Shown here one piece after another: positions 13,771-30,421 of a stretch of 64,000 bases of DNA. A program made the translations under genes and the position numbers. This stretch comes from Adineta vaga (taxonomy: Eukaryota > Animalia > Rotifera). Position 1 is the first letter of the stretch, and every line of letters begins with the position of its first letter. A model generated the notes under the pieces. That model had not been told where the DNA came from. It saw nothing but the letters and a program-made list of their open reading frames with translations, and ran no database searches. The stretch lies in contig CP075492.1 in assembly GCA_021613535.1 (NCBI GenBank), positions 6,138,001-6,202,000 on the forward strand, read 5' to 3'.

Positions 13771-14480
13771 TGTCGTCGTTAAATAGGTTTATACTTTTCC
13801 AAGATACACAAAAAAGGACAATCAAATAAACATTGAAATAAATAATCTGACCAACGAACAAACAAAAGAAACTCTAAAATCAAAAAAGAAGAAGAAATAA
13901 ATGAACATTAGAATAAAAGAATTTGTCTTAATGTGGTGTTTCTTTTTGCAAACGAAAGCTGAAAAAAAAATGTCTTACACACACATACGCGCAACAAACG
14001 CAGATAATCACACAAGCTACACGGACAAGAACAGATCTTTATATATATGTATAAAATGTGTTGTTGTTTTTTTTTGTAAAAAGTAAGTTTTGATTTTCCT
14101 CTTTGAGTAAAAAGAAAACGATTGATTATTTGAAATTGTTCGATGAAAGGAGACAGAATGTTTATAATAAATGTTTTGGGAAAAGAACAAAAAAAACCAA
14201 CGAAAGGAATACATCTTTTTTTGTTTTGGCTTTGTATATTCGAGCAGAGAGAGCGAGAGAGAGAAAATCGAGAACAATGCACGACATGTTGGTGCGTAGA
14301 AAAATACAAGCGGAAAAGAACAAGACACGTGATGACGTACATTGTAGAAAAACACACACACACGCACACACACAAACCCTAAGAGAGAAGGTTAATTTCA
14401 CTTAATTAGTTCTTCTCAATTTATATACTTTTGTTTATCATGTATTTTTTTTTGTACAGAAAGAAAACTCTTTCATTTAA

Positions 14481-17602
<3,122 letters not shown>

Positions 17603-18610
17603 TTGTCGCAGATGAGTGAGTGCGTCTGAAAATCGCTTCAGCTCGAACAATGGATGAATGGAACAATTAAGAATTGAATTCTATACGTGCGTATTCAAAG
17701 AAAATATATTCTTGATATGTTTTCTTTCTTTCTTTCTTTCTTTTATGTAAACGTATAAAAAACTAAACTCGTTTGTCTTTATATCAACGCAATTATTATC
17801 ATAATCAATCAATAAAACTTTGATTTCAATATGTTATTCTCATCTAAAAACAATCCGATGATAATGTATGACAAATAAACAACAAGAAAATCAACAACAA
17901 TATAATGAATGAAAGAAAAGATGAATTACCTCGTCGTTTCTTATCGGTCCATCACGTTAACTAATCACAGAAAAGTTTTTTTTATATACATTTATTTTAC
18001 CTTGGTTACGCTAACTATTCGATCAGAAATGATAAATGAAAAAAGAGAATTAATGATTTCTATCTTCTTTTTTTTTCTGTACCTTGAAAAATTAAAAGAA
18101 AGAGATGAAATATACGTCTCAATCCATATCAGATTACAAATTTTATCAACAATTTTAAGATAAAAATAGAAATCAACTTTATAATTATAGATCTTGTTTA
18201 TATTCATGTGAAATATAAAGAAATAAAACTCAAAATTTATAATTAATCTATAGATGTCGCGCGTGATAATTATGTCCATAGTTTATTCATTCGAAAGATA
18301 TGCCTCTTTTTTGTTCTTATTTTTTCGTAACAACTATTCTTAAAATAACTTATCACGTGCAACAAACAAAAAAACACGATTTAATTGTTAGAAAATAACT
18401 GAAAACTGATACTCTTATCAGATTTTTATCTCGCTTCATATGAAAAGTCTATTTTTTCTACGTATATATTCATTCTACTTCAATAGAACTGTCATATTCT
18501 GAATTCATGCATCAATACACAATTCATTTTCCTACCTAATAACTACACAGAAAAAACAAAATCAGAAGACGAACTGATTTCCTTATTCTAGATACATTTG
18601 TTATTTGATA

Positions 18611-19879
18611 ATGACTCAGAGAAAAATTGATGATCTATTTTCTTTAAAACCATCATTATCAACAAATAAACGTTCACGTACAACTCAAGTGACAACCAAT
18701 GATCGCGATGAATTTGATGATATATTCGAAACGACAAGTTCATCAAAACGTCGTCGTACAAATCAAAAACCATCGACAGATGTTTTTGATTTTGATATAC
18801 CATCTACATCAACAAATATTCCGAGAAAATCTATCGACACCGAGAAATCAACAAGTTCTTTGAAAAAGAAACGAAGTGATGAAAATCAAATGATCGACGA
18901 TCTATTTAATAATGATACGAGAAAAAAAACTCGACGTCCTATTAAACAAGAAGAAACAATTGATGTATTAGATATGTTTAAAACACGAACAAATACCAAT
19001 GCACCTCCAGTTCTCTCGACAATGGACGATTTTAAAACACCAATATGTCCAAAAAATTCAACAACACAAAAGAAAATTAAGATGTTTTTCGATGATACTG
19101 ATCTCATTCAATTACGTGAACAAGATGAAGCTGTAAGTTTTGATCAATTTCATATTCAAAATATCTCACTTGATCTCATTTAGAAAGATTACGCTCATGT
19201 TAAACCCGTATTAGTTACCAGTGGACAATGGTTATCCAAAGAAGTGGAAACGAAAGTAAGTTACAAAACAACATTTATCTTACTTATTGATTTCTTGAGC
19301 ATTGTTCTATATCGATGTTAATCTGAAAAAGAAAACAATTTCAATTGATTATTTTAGTCAAGCTGTAAAACCAATCATCCATCTGTAGAAGACGATATTC
19401 CAGATGATCAACGTAATCTAATGCATATTCAATATGTTTCACTTAGTCTCGATGATGAAATTGATAATATTAGTAAGAAAAAATCGAAATCTACTTCATC
19501 GAATCAATCAACAAAAACAGTTCTCGATGGAAAATCATTTCAGAAAGTAAATTAAAACTTTTTTTGTTTTGTTTTTCAAATTTTCTTCTTCGCATTTTTA
19601 GCAACTCGTTCTCTCCGATTCGACCGTTGTACGTAAAGAAAATCTTCAAAGTTGTTATAATGCTCTATTGGAAGATATTAATAAGCCACGAATAGTAACA
19701 ACATCATCATCGAATAAACAAAAGAAATTAGTAACTGAAAACAAAAAAAACAAGACTTCCTTCATATCATTGATTGCTTTCTATTTTAGACAAATTCCAA
19801 ATCTTCTCTCAGTGATGATGACGATCAAATGACTCATATCGATTTTTTTGATTTATCAACTCGAAAAAAGAAATTCTGA
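18611..19879 (+). CDS. Disordered nuclear protein resembling the C-terminal half of nibrin (NBS1), multi-exon
   Basis: Spliced exons read MTQRKIDDLF...GQWLSK...NLMHIQYVSL...VLDGKSFQK...DDDDQMTHIDFFDLSTRKKKF*. The gene itself is clear; the nibrin identity is inferred. Confidence 0.5.
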
Positions 19880-21160
19880 CCGTACTTTTTCTTTTTGTAT
19901 AGAATTAATTATATTTTTGTGTGTGTGTGTGTGTGATAATCATTTTCTTCTTCTTTGTAGCTCATAAAAGCACATATATTCATTTATTTTTTTGTTACTA
20001 GTAAAAAAGAAGAAGAAGAGAGTTTTTTCTCATTTGTATAGAACTATATTTAACACGTATATCCGGTTGAGGGGAGAAAAAAAAAGATAGACACTTTCAT
20101 TATCATTCTTTGAACATCTTCTTTTTACTTACTTACTCAACACACTAAAGGTTAGTATACCGAAAGAGAATACAATCAGACAATACGATGATTTCGAATC
20201 GGAATGATGAGAATGATTCGATCTATAATGCAAAGAAGAACAGGTAAGTTGAAAGAACGAGAAGATTTCTTCTTTTTAATAAAAGTTGAATCCTAGAGTA
20301 TTTCAGGAAATGAAACAACTGAGTTGGATGAATATCACCATCTACATAGAATGAAACTTTGATGAAAAAGAATTTTTGATTATATATAAATAGATCTATT
20401 TAATTTTCTTTATGTACTAGTGATAATTTGATCAATCGTCGACATAGTATAGCTCATACAAATTTTCGTAAAGCTATCTATCGAAGTTTATCATTCTGTG
20501 CAGATAATGATGGAATTAACGACAAGATATCTTATGTTAAATACTGTGTGAAAGTATTTTTTTCTTTGTCTTTTCATTGTATTTATTGGTGCAGTTATTA
20601 AATTTATATGGTCACAATAGTAGTGTGCTTTTATTTTCTGGAAATAAATGAGAACTATAAATGTTTCTATACTTTGTATATTTAGAGCTCTGTGCCAACG
20701 TTGACAAATGTATATGACGGATTGAATAGTTGCATTTTGTATATTTAGGAAAGCTCCTCTTACAATCACAGAATCTTCTTTGAAGATTAGTAGAGCTTTG
20801 ACTAATCGTTTCTTAGATGTATTTATTTGTATGTCCAATTGTATAAAATGACACCTTTTACTTCCTTCTAATACAATAGATTAACAGACTGAAAACTTAT
20901 TTAAGATACATGATCATTCTATCAGCAACACTGACTATACTAAAGACGAAAGGAGTAACTTCTATATTAGTCTAAGAAGAACTAAGTAGTTGCACATTGT
21001 TGTCGATCTATTCCTTACTATGAGTAAATCTCAAATTATTATTGATTGAGTGACGAAGAATAAATATTAACACGTCGGAAAAAACCTAGTTTGATCTTTT
21101 TTTAGTAATTTTTTTTTCTTCGATGTGAGATATTTTTGGTTGTAGCAGAAAGACTCATCG

Positions 21161-23460
21161 ATGGTATACGCGGAAGAAAGAGAACGGAATGATTCAGATT
21201 ATTTACGCACAATTTTTTTTCAGATTATCAGGAATAGCATTTTATAGTGAAGGTTCATTTGATAGAATGAAGTTCGTACTCCTTCTCTTGTATCTTTTAA
21301 ACCGTTTTTCAATACTTATTCGTCATATATATGCATGTATCAACAGTAAGACGGTATATAATAAATGTGATATTGCAAAGAAAAATCCTGTGTTATTTGG
21401 TATCGTTTGGTTCACTCGAAATGTTAAAATAAATGATCGTATAGAATCCATTGGAAAACTTCGTGAAATTGTTAATCATTTGGAGATATTCGATAATATT
21501 GACACATTTCAGCAGTACATTGATCAATTATCTAAAAACGATCGTTTGATACTCGTTCTTAGTGATGTTAAAAATATACAAATCATTCGTTTGATTCATC
21601 ATTTACGACAAATATCGTCGATTTATTTATTTTGTACTGATAAATTTGAAAAACAACAGTGGATAAACGATTTTAATAAGGTAATACACCTTTCAAAGAA
21701 AATTTATCATTACTATAAAATACTATAACATCGATTCTTCAAACTGATCAGTATTTATTGCGATAGCAAGAAAAGGATAGCGTGATCTTTTTAAAATATT
21801 CGTTTATATCCTCTCATTTTCTTATACTAAGATATATATCGCTTGGATGTATAACTTTGTGAAATGACTTCTTTTTTCATGTAGGTAAAAGGAATTTTTC
21901 ACGATCTTGATGAATTGATGACTCGAATTAAGAAAGATCAAGAAATCCAAAAACAACTAGAAGAACCATTGGAAATTCGTGTTTTCACTGTTACAGATTA
22001 TGAAGATGGATCAACAACAAGTCTTAATGGAAAATTTTTCTATGCTCAATTACTACTTGAATATATCCTCTCCATTGAATCAAATGAACAAGATAGAAAT
22101 GAATTAATTTCTCTTTTAAAACAAGAGTATAGTGAAAGCCCTACTGAATTGTCGAAAATTGATGATTTTGAAAAAAATTATTCATGTGAAAATGTTCTAA
22201 AGTGGTATACACGTGAATCTTTCTTCTATAAAATGTTGAACAAATCTCTTCGACAACAAAATATTCATATGATATTTCTTTTTCGTTCATATATAAATGA
22301 TCTTTGTCAACAACTATCAAAAAGCCAATCGAGCATTCCAATGACAAGTTATCGATCTCAATTAATGTCAAAAGATGAATTAGATTGTTTATTGAAACAT
22401 GTAAATCACTATATTTTTATTAACTCATTTTTTTCGACAAGTCTTCAACGAGATGTTGCTTCATTTTATATGGATGATGGAAATTCACAAGATAATTTAG
22501 TCAAAATTTTGTTTGAAATTTCTGCAAAACCACATCGAAATGAGAAAACATTATTCTCAAATATTAGTTTGCATAGTGATTTTGACATTGAAATGGAAGT
22601 GCTTTTTGCACCGGGTTGTATTTTTCGATTGAACGATATTAATTGTGATAAAAATCAGATATGGACTATTCGAATGACTTTATGTATTGATGATGAACAT
22701 GATTTAAAACTTGTATTCAATCAGCTGAAACTTCAAAATGAAATGCAACCAAAAGATTTGCAGACATTGGCAGAATTCTTAGTAAAAATGGGTAAATTTG
22801 ATCCTGCTGAGAAATACTTTTACCGTTCCATTAAACAACTTCCGCCTGGTCATCCTTCCCTACTCCGTGTTTATCGAGGCCTCGCTGATATTGCTTCACA
22901 AACCGGTGATCTTGATCGAAGTCTTCAATGGCAGAAAAAATTGGTATCACTTCAACGAACTATCTCGAATACCATGACAATTAGCAATAGTGAACATATT
23001 GAATCGAATGGTAAGATTCTAATCGAATATCAGAGAGATGTGCACATATGATTGTCTTTCTATTCTAGTATCAGCAGTTGTTAAGAAACGCCGAGTTTAT
23101 CCAAATGGGGATGTTTATGAAGGAGAACTTATGAATGGTCTTTATCATGGATATGGAGTTTATGTTTGGAAAAATCATGATCGATATGAAGGAATGTGGC
23201 AAAATAATCGTCGCGAAGGACAAGGTACATGGATTTGGGGAGAACAAACATCTTCGGCAGGTGATCGATACTGTGGGGAGTGGTCTTTGGACAAGAAACA
23301 TGGAAATGGAGAATATTTTCAAGCACATGGTGACGTATATAGAGGACAATTTAAAGAAGATCAGCGTCATGGAACTGGTATCTATAAAACCAAAGATGGT
23401 CAATGTTTTTATGTTGTTTATGATCATGATAATACGGTCTCTCGTGAAGTTATTAAATAG
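21161..23460 (+). CDS. Receiver-like domain + mono-ADP-ribosyltransferase domain + TPR + MORN repeats
   Basis: ART motifs WYTRESFFYKMLN, SYRSQ, FFSTS and EMEVLF; a TPR pair; MORN repeats (YEGxWxxxxRxGxG) after an intron near 23011. The 5' end is uncertain. Confidence 0.8.
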
Positions 23461-23930
23461 TTCGAGAAAGTATAAAACGAATCTTTCTGTACATCTTTTA
23501 ATCTGATTAGTATTATTCACACTTTCATTCATCGTAGGAAAGGAAAAATAACTAGACAACGACTGTATATAATATATCCCCAAGAGAGAGCACGTTTTCT
23601 ATTCAGTATTTTTTGTATTATTCTTGGGAAAAGAAGCGCTAAAAAAAACGTCGCCCTCTCTCATAATTCTCAGATACTGTATTATGCACGATGATGTTTT
23701 GTTGCTTATAATTGCAGTCACATCATCAAAAAATTTCTATCAACATAAAGCAAAAAATACCGAACATAGTGTTTTATGTATTATATTTCATGTTATTTCA
23801 TCAGAACAAAAACGATTAGACAACATTTTTTACTGACGTCATTGCGTCAATACCAAAGCGCCTTGCGCTATTACAGGTGAGTAACATACTTTTGAAATTA
23901 CATATACAACACACCGATCTATAACTATGA

Positions 23931-24956
23931 ATGAATTCCAACACAAAATCAGAACATTTACTGAAGATTCAAAATCTCAGTATGGAAATGAGAAACGAAT
24001 TGTTACAACACATTCAACAGATGTCGATCGAACGAAATAAAAATGAAACAAAATCGAACTATCGTCCTAAGTATAATGATGAACACTACAACAAGTTAAT
24101 TTGGAGTTCAACTGAATACAGTGACGTTGAAAACATTCAAGTACAAATAGTCGTAGTTGAAAATGATGATCAACGTGATTTATTTGATTATATTCGACAT
24201 ACTGTTTCATCAATGCCTCAATGTCAAGTTCCTGGACGAGTTCTATCTGTTTTAGTTTATGATCAATATTCGAAATGTTATCTTGGAATATTACAATTAA
24301 CAACTGATTTATTGAAAAGTGAACATAAAGATACATTTATTCATCCAAATTTAGAAACAACAAAAAGAAATCGATTGAAACAACATATACGTGATCATTC
24401 TGTCAATTTATCTATTTGTGTTCCTGTTCAACCATTTGGATTCAATTTTTGTGGTGGAAAACTATTAGCAATGCTTGCTTTTTCCACTGAACTTCATGAC
24501 TTCTATCAAAAACGATATGGTTATCCAATTGGATTGGTTACGACAACATCAATACATGGCAAATCAATTCAATATGATCGATTAAAACAATTGAAATTCA
24601 TTGGATGCACTAAAGGATTTGGCATTAGTCACATTCCAACTTCATTTATTGATCGAGGAAAAATTTATCTTAAACAAAACTATCCCGAATCTTTACATCG
24701 AAAACAAGCAAATTGGCAAATATTAAAAATTTTAGTAGAAAAATTAAAGATCGATAGTACAGAAGTATTTTTTCATGGTAATCAACGAGGAATCTATTGT
24801 GGTTGGACTGGAACAAATGCGAATGAGTTTCTTTTGAAGAGAATGATGAATTTCACTCAAGATAAACTTCAATCAGTTGATCAATGTGGACAATTTTGGA
24901 AAGAAAGATGGGCAAAACAACGATCGACGCATTTAAATAAAATGAAAAATTTATAA
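23931..24956 (+). CDS. DUF4338 / Druantia DruA-like protein
   Basis: Motifs PGR..VLVYD....YLGILQL, CVPVQPFGFNFCGGKLLAMLAFS, TTTSIHGKSIQYDRL and IGCTKGFG..H. Intronless 341-aa ORF. Confidence 0.8.
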   Translation: MNSNTKSEHLLKIQNLSMEMRNELLQHIQQMSIERNKNETKSNYRPKYNDEHYNKLIWSSTEYSDVENIQVQIVVVENDDQRDLFDYIRHTVSSMPQCQVPGRVLSVLVYDQYSKCYLGILQLTTDLLKSEHKDTFIHPNLETTKRNRLKQHIRDHSVNLSICVPVQPFGFNFCGGKLLAMLAFSTELHDFYQKRYGYPIGLVTTTSIHGKSIQYDRLKQLKFIGCTKGFGISHIPTSFIDRGKIYLKQNYPESLHRKQANWQILKILVEKLKIDSTEVFFHGNQRGIYCGWTGTNANEFLLKRMMNFTQDKLQSVDQCGQFWKERWAKQRSTHLNKMKNL

Positions 24957-25329
24957 GTCTTTGAGGAAAATATTGTTGAGTAGTTATAATAATGATTTCA
25001 ATTGAAATTTGTTTAGTTTCCGCATCTAGACGAAGAGTAGAAGTAAGAGTAGATAATCCAATTTATTTCTCTCACGTCTACTTTTAATTCAATTCAGATA
25101 TTTATTAACCTCTTCAAATGATGTCATCGATAGATTGTCGAAAACAAACTATCTATGTGTATTTTTTAAATTTCTTTTATTATACTCTCATTTGTTTTGA
25201 AATAAATCAAATGAGATAATTTTGCATGAATAGATGCTTATTTTTTGTATATTAATTAGAATTAAGTAAAAAATAAAAGTTTCTTGATATTTAATATATT
25301 TTCGTATAAATCAGTCGTTAATGACAATA

Positions 25330-25882
25330 TTATAAGATTTGCCAACGTCCTAATTCGGTTCCACAATTTGGACAGTAATGCACTCGAGTCTAAAAGAAAT
25401 ACATGGATAACATAGTCGAGTAAAAATAATGAACTTCGAATGATTTACTTTGATGTCTCTAATACAAAACGGAATTAAACAGCATCCAAGCCAAAAACCA
25501 ACAAGAACAAGAACTAAACAAATTATCCAAGCCAATGCACCATTCGACTCTTCTATACGAGTTACAATAGTTTGGTTACATCTCTGACATGTACATTGAA
25601 CGGGTGTTTGTCCGAAATGATATTGAACTGGAACTACTGTAGTATCGGTAGATGGATTTACATCAAACTTGACTCTTATATCTTTTTGAATTGTTTCTAT
25701 TTATTGTAAATATAAAATACGAAATTCAATAAAATGCATGAAAAATACTGACCATAACCTGGTGGTGGTTCTATTGGTGTTTCTATAATAGCAGCAGCAG
25801 CAGCAGCAGGAGGATGTTCGTTGATTGGAAGTGTTTCAACTTCATTCTGTCGCTCCGCTTCAACCGATTTCATGTCCTTCAT
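25330..25882 (-). CDS. LITAF-domain protein, 3 exons
   Basis: PPPGY N-terminus, then PVQCTCQRCNQTIVT, hydrophobic GCCLIPFC and HYCPNCG in the last exon. Confidence 0.9.
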
Positions 25883-26339
25883 TTTAGTCTTGTATTTGCC
25901 TTGTATTCTTTAATTATCTGTATAAATGATCAATAAATATCGGCGAAATGTCGCTTTTTTCTCCTCGTTTCTCTATACATCATTAGGACGTGATGAGTAA
26001 AAAAGGAAAAAATGATCATATCGTCACAGATTTCTTTCTTTTCTGTTCCTCCTATGTTGTCTGTCTAATTTCAAATGAAAAGGTGAGTAGGTGTCACATA
26101 GGTCGTTATGCGAAATCTAGTTGATTCATTGAATTAAGAACGTAATACAGACGTAGGTAGATTTTTCGTGAATATGAGTCTTATTGTCCGAAAGAAACCT
26201 ATAACAACAGTGAAAGTACGACACCTTTTATATCTATATTCACTTGATTCGAATTGATCGATCCAATCGTTTTAACGCATTTTATCGGAGTATATTTTTT
26301 TAGAATAGTCCCAATAAAGACAAAGGAATAGTGTAAAGT

Positions 26340-28374
26340 ATGAATTTGGAAAGAATTAAATCGATCCCTGCTTCAAAAACTACAATATTATTAGTTGACG
26401 TTCAAAATAGCGAAATTGATAATGAACATAAAGACAAGTTGCCTTGGTATTATAAACAAATTACTAAAGTTTGTTTACCGAATATGAAACGTATAATTGA
26501 TATTGGACGTTCATTAGATATGGAAATTATGTATACTACAATTGAAAGTCTTACTTCGAATGGGCGAGATCGAAGTTTAGATCATAAATTATCGAATATA
26601 TTCATACCGAAAGATTCTTATTTTGGTCAAGTGATTGATGATGTTGCACCACATGATGATGATATTTGGCTTAAAAAAACAAGTTCAGGAGTCTTTAATT
26701 CTACGAATATTGATTATTTATTACGAAATCTTCAAAGAAATTATCTTGTCATCATGGGATTTTTAACTGATCAATGTGTTGATATGGCTGTTCGTGACGC
26801 TGCTGATAAAGGTTATTATGTTATTTGTATTGACGATGCCTGTGCAACACATACAAAACAAAGACATGATAATGCATTAAATGCTTTCAAAGGTTATTGT
26901 ACTATTCTTAATACAGAACAGTTTATTCAAAAGGTTCAAGGTTTGATCACATATATGCTTAAGGTTGTCTTCATTTAATTGATTTCTTTTAGAATGCAAT
27001 GTTATGTCAGATAATGTGAATGAAATTTCAGCTGATAAAAAACATTCTATCAATGCAATGTCTTTAACGACCTTAGTAACGACTGATTTAATTGGTATTA
27101 CACGGGGTCGTTCAATTCCTACTTATGATCTTGATAAATATTATCATACTGGTTGTGGATGGGTACCAGCCGATAGTGCTTTGACCCCACAGGATATCAT
27201 TGCCGATTCAAATCGTTGGGGATCACATGGTGATTTACGTCTTTTACCCGATCGAAATTCTCGAGTAAGAATTACGAATGGACCAGATCCAAAATCTACT
27301 CCCTTGGATTATATTCATTGTGATATAGTAGAAACGGACGGACAAACATGGGATTGTTGTCCTCGAGGATTGCTAAAGAAAGAGATGGAATATTATGAGA
27401 AAGAATTTGGTATGAAAATCAATGTAGCATTTGAACATGAATTTACTTTACTAGCAAAACATGATTCAATCGCTCAACCCTCGTTTTCATTACGATCTCA
27501 ACGTCAACAAAGTGAATTTTCAAGTTGGTTAATGGCATCACTTCAAGTTGCTAATGTTCAACCTGAAATGTTCTTATCGGAATATGGACAAGATCAATAT
27601 GAAGTCACTTGTCATCCATCAGATCCTTTAACAGCTGCTGATCGTGCTGTTAATATTCGAGAAATAACTCGAGATATTGCAAGACAATTAGATTCAACTG
27701 TGTCTTTTTCTTCTTTAACATCGATCAATGGTATCGGTAATGGTGTTCATTTACATATTAGTATTGATGATCTCAATGGTAAACCGTTATTTTACGATGA
27801 AAATCGTCCTTTTAATTTATCAACAATTGGTGAATATTGGTCTGCTGGAGTTCTTCATCATATAGGTTCACTGTGTGCTATTACAGCACCTACACCTGTT
27901 TCTTATTTACGTTTAAAACCACATCATTGGAGTTCGGCATATAGTTGTGTAGGATATCGAAATCGTGAAGCAGCTATACGAATTTGTCCAACGGTTGATT
28001 TCGATGAAAAAACGATTCCGAAACAATTTAATTTAGAATATCGTCCCATGGATGGAACATCTTCTCCACATTTGTCATTGGCAAGTATTCTATTTGCTGG
28101 TAGATATGGTATTGAAAATAAATTAGAATTAACATCGATTATTACAATGGATCCACATTTATTGGACGAAAATGAACGTAAACAAAAAGGTATTTTACCA
28201 TTACCAAGTAATCTAAAAACTGCTTTGGGAAATTTGAAAAATAATCAACAATTTCGAGAATATTTACCAGTAGCTTTGATGGAAACTTATTTCGCTGTGA
28301 AATATAAAGAATTATCATTAACAAAGCAATACGATGATGAGACACTTTGTCAACATTATTCACGTATTTACTAG
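26340..28374 (+). CDS. Isochorismatase-family cysteine hydrolase fused to a glutamine synthetase-family ligase through intron 26941-26992
   Basis: D-K-C triad (VDVQN, KKTSS, TDQCV); GS motifs EHEF, EYGQDQYE, GNGVHLH, NREAAIR and EYRPMD. Removing gtttg...ttttag gives the in-frame junction KVQ-E-CNVMSDN. Confidence 0.9.
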
Positions 28375-28627
28375 AAGAAATATTTCTATTGTAATATTTG
28401 TATGAAAAAGATAATTCAATAAATCATTCTATTCGAATACTCCATAAATCTATAGTTTATTTTTTTTTAAAGAGGATATGAATGGGATATCATATGGGTT
28501 AGTATGAACTACGGAACAAAGATTGTTAAAATCATCTAAAACCTATATCTAATTTGTAATATTGATTATATGAGCAGATTTATATATGATAAAAGTTAGA
28601 TCTTAAAGAGTTCATTCATGAATGTTT

Positions 28628-30421
28628 TCATTGATTATTGAAAATCGTACTGCCTTCAAGTCTATCAGCAACAATGATTTGTGTTTGTGGTAATAAATTG
28701 ACCGTTCCATCGGATTTCAATGAGTCGAACCAACCAGAACGTTTGTCTAACAAAGTAGCTATTTGGATAAACTGTTTGTTGTTATAGAATTGTCCACCGT
28801 TTTCTCGTACCATCGCTGCAATTTTATCCAATAAAACCTTCAACATTTCTTCTTTCTCTTCAGCAGTAGCTGTATTATCGACAGCAATGTAACGACCATT
28901 ACATCTTTGAATAAGATTTTGCAAGAAAACTGGTGAATCTTGAAGAAATTCTTCAACAGATACGTCATCACGTTTCAAACTGTCTAAACCAGTGAATACA
29001 ATAATACAATAATCGAGAGCTCGTTCATCAAATACTTCGGATATCCAGTTAGCGGCTGCTTCTTCTTGTGGAGTAAAACGATCGAATGTAAGAACAATTA
29101 AGAAAACATCTGGACCTGGTGCTGCACTCTGATATGATCCTGCGATTTCAGGTATTACCATTTCTGGACCAAGTTCAGTATCAAAAAATCCTGGTGTATC
29201 AACCAATACTAATCTTCTTTCATCATAAATTCGATCGCCAACCATGCATTTCGTAGTAATAGATTTTGCAGATTTACGTGCTTTGAACTCTTTTTTTCCT
29301 AATATTGTATTTCCAAATGAGCTTTTCCCTGTACATGAACAAAATACAAATATTTATATGTCGATCTATAAGATTACATTTTATCTTACCCGTTCCTGTT
29401 CTTCCAAGTAAAATTATTCGTACTTCTGGTACTACAAATATATGAATATATGTTTTATCGTTGATGTGCTCTACTTTATCAATTCGAAATGTGGCTCCAG
29501 GAGGTAGTAGTACTTCGGCTTCTTCGTGAAATGCTGAAAAGAGCTTAAATCTAATCCTGCAGTACAACTAAGATCGATAATAAATAAACAATTTCCACCC
29601 AAAAATTCGGCTAGTTCAATACTAGCACTTGTTGATGTAAATCCATACCAATACTTATATGTGCCTGTCGCTTCCTGATAATGGAGAAGTAGATTTGGCT
29701 CCAACAACATACCACGATAGACCATCCCTTTGAATCGACATGTGGCTAATGCATCACTCCAAACGGCTTCCACTAATAAATAACAGAATGGAGCCAGTGT
29801 ATCGACTTTAGATTTATCGTTTTCACGCAACGCTTTGTTTAGTATACGATACAAGAAGCTGTCTCTTGTGTATAAGTGAATACAACACTGAAGAATGTGG
29901 TATTCATGCTTATCTTTGATAGATATCAAGTTTTCGGCCAGATACTCAGCTTCATAGGGTTTGCCGAAGAGATTGCCTTCTGTTATTATACCATTTGCGG
30001 CTAGTGTAACTATTTCACTGTTCGAAAGCATCGAATTTCTTTTCCTCCACTCATAAATAAATGCCATTCCACCTTCTAAACCAGAATCCTCGAATGATCG
30101 GGATTTAAGACCTGGAAAAATAGGTTCTCCTGGGGTATTTTGATTTACATCATCGTCAAATACACCTCTTTTGATTCGGTTTTGTTTAGTTTCATCATTT
30201 TTATTGATTTGAGTATTGCTATTCAAGTTAATCCAACAATGATCCAATTCAATTAATTCAGTTCTACTGCTTTGGTGAAAGGCATTCTCAATAGTTTGCG
30301 ATTCGGCATCAGAATACGGTATCCAGTCTTCTGTTTCTCTCAATGTTTGAACATCACTATTCGGTTTCCAGTACCAGCGAACTAATGATTGATGCGTGCC
30401 AGTGGACTCCGAATTTGCCAT
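28628..30421 (-). CDS. WWE + ADP-ribosyltransferase + AIG1/GIMAP GTPase fusion, with one intron and a 1-nt frameshift near 29540
   Basis: WWE (WYW..WIPYS..IENAF); ART (YTRDSFLY, VYRG, FTSTS, EAEVLL); AIG1 (GRTGT/GKSSFGNTILG, VDTPG, PGPDVFL, IIVFTG, RCNGRY). Confidence 0.85.

Noticed and set aside
13901-14405. Stack of overlapping ORFs on both strands
   Set aside because: Produced by CA, AG and poly-A simple repeats between B56 and SZRD1; no protein-like signal.
20188-20838. Short exon-like pieces and a 115-aa minus-strand ORF
   Set aside because: No recognisable motif or consistent gene model.
23071-23583. Antisense ORFs over real genes (also 38376-38906)
   Set aside because: Shadow frames of coding sequence on the opposite strand.
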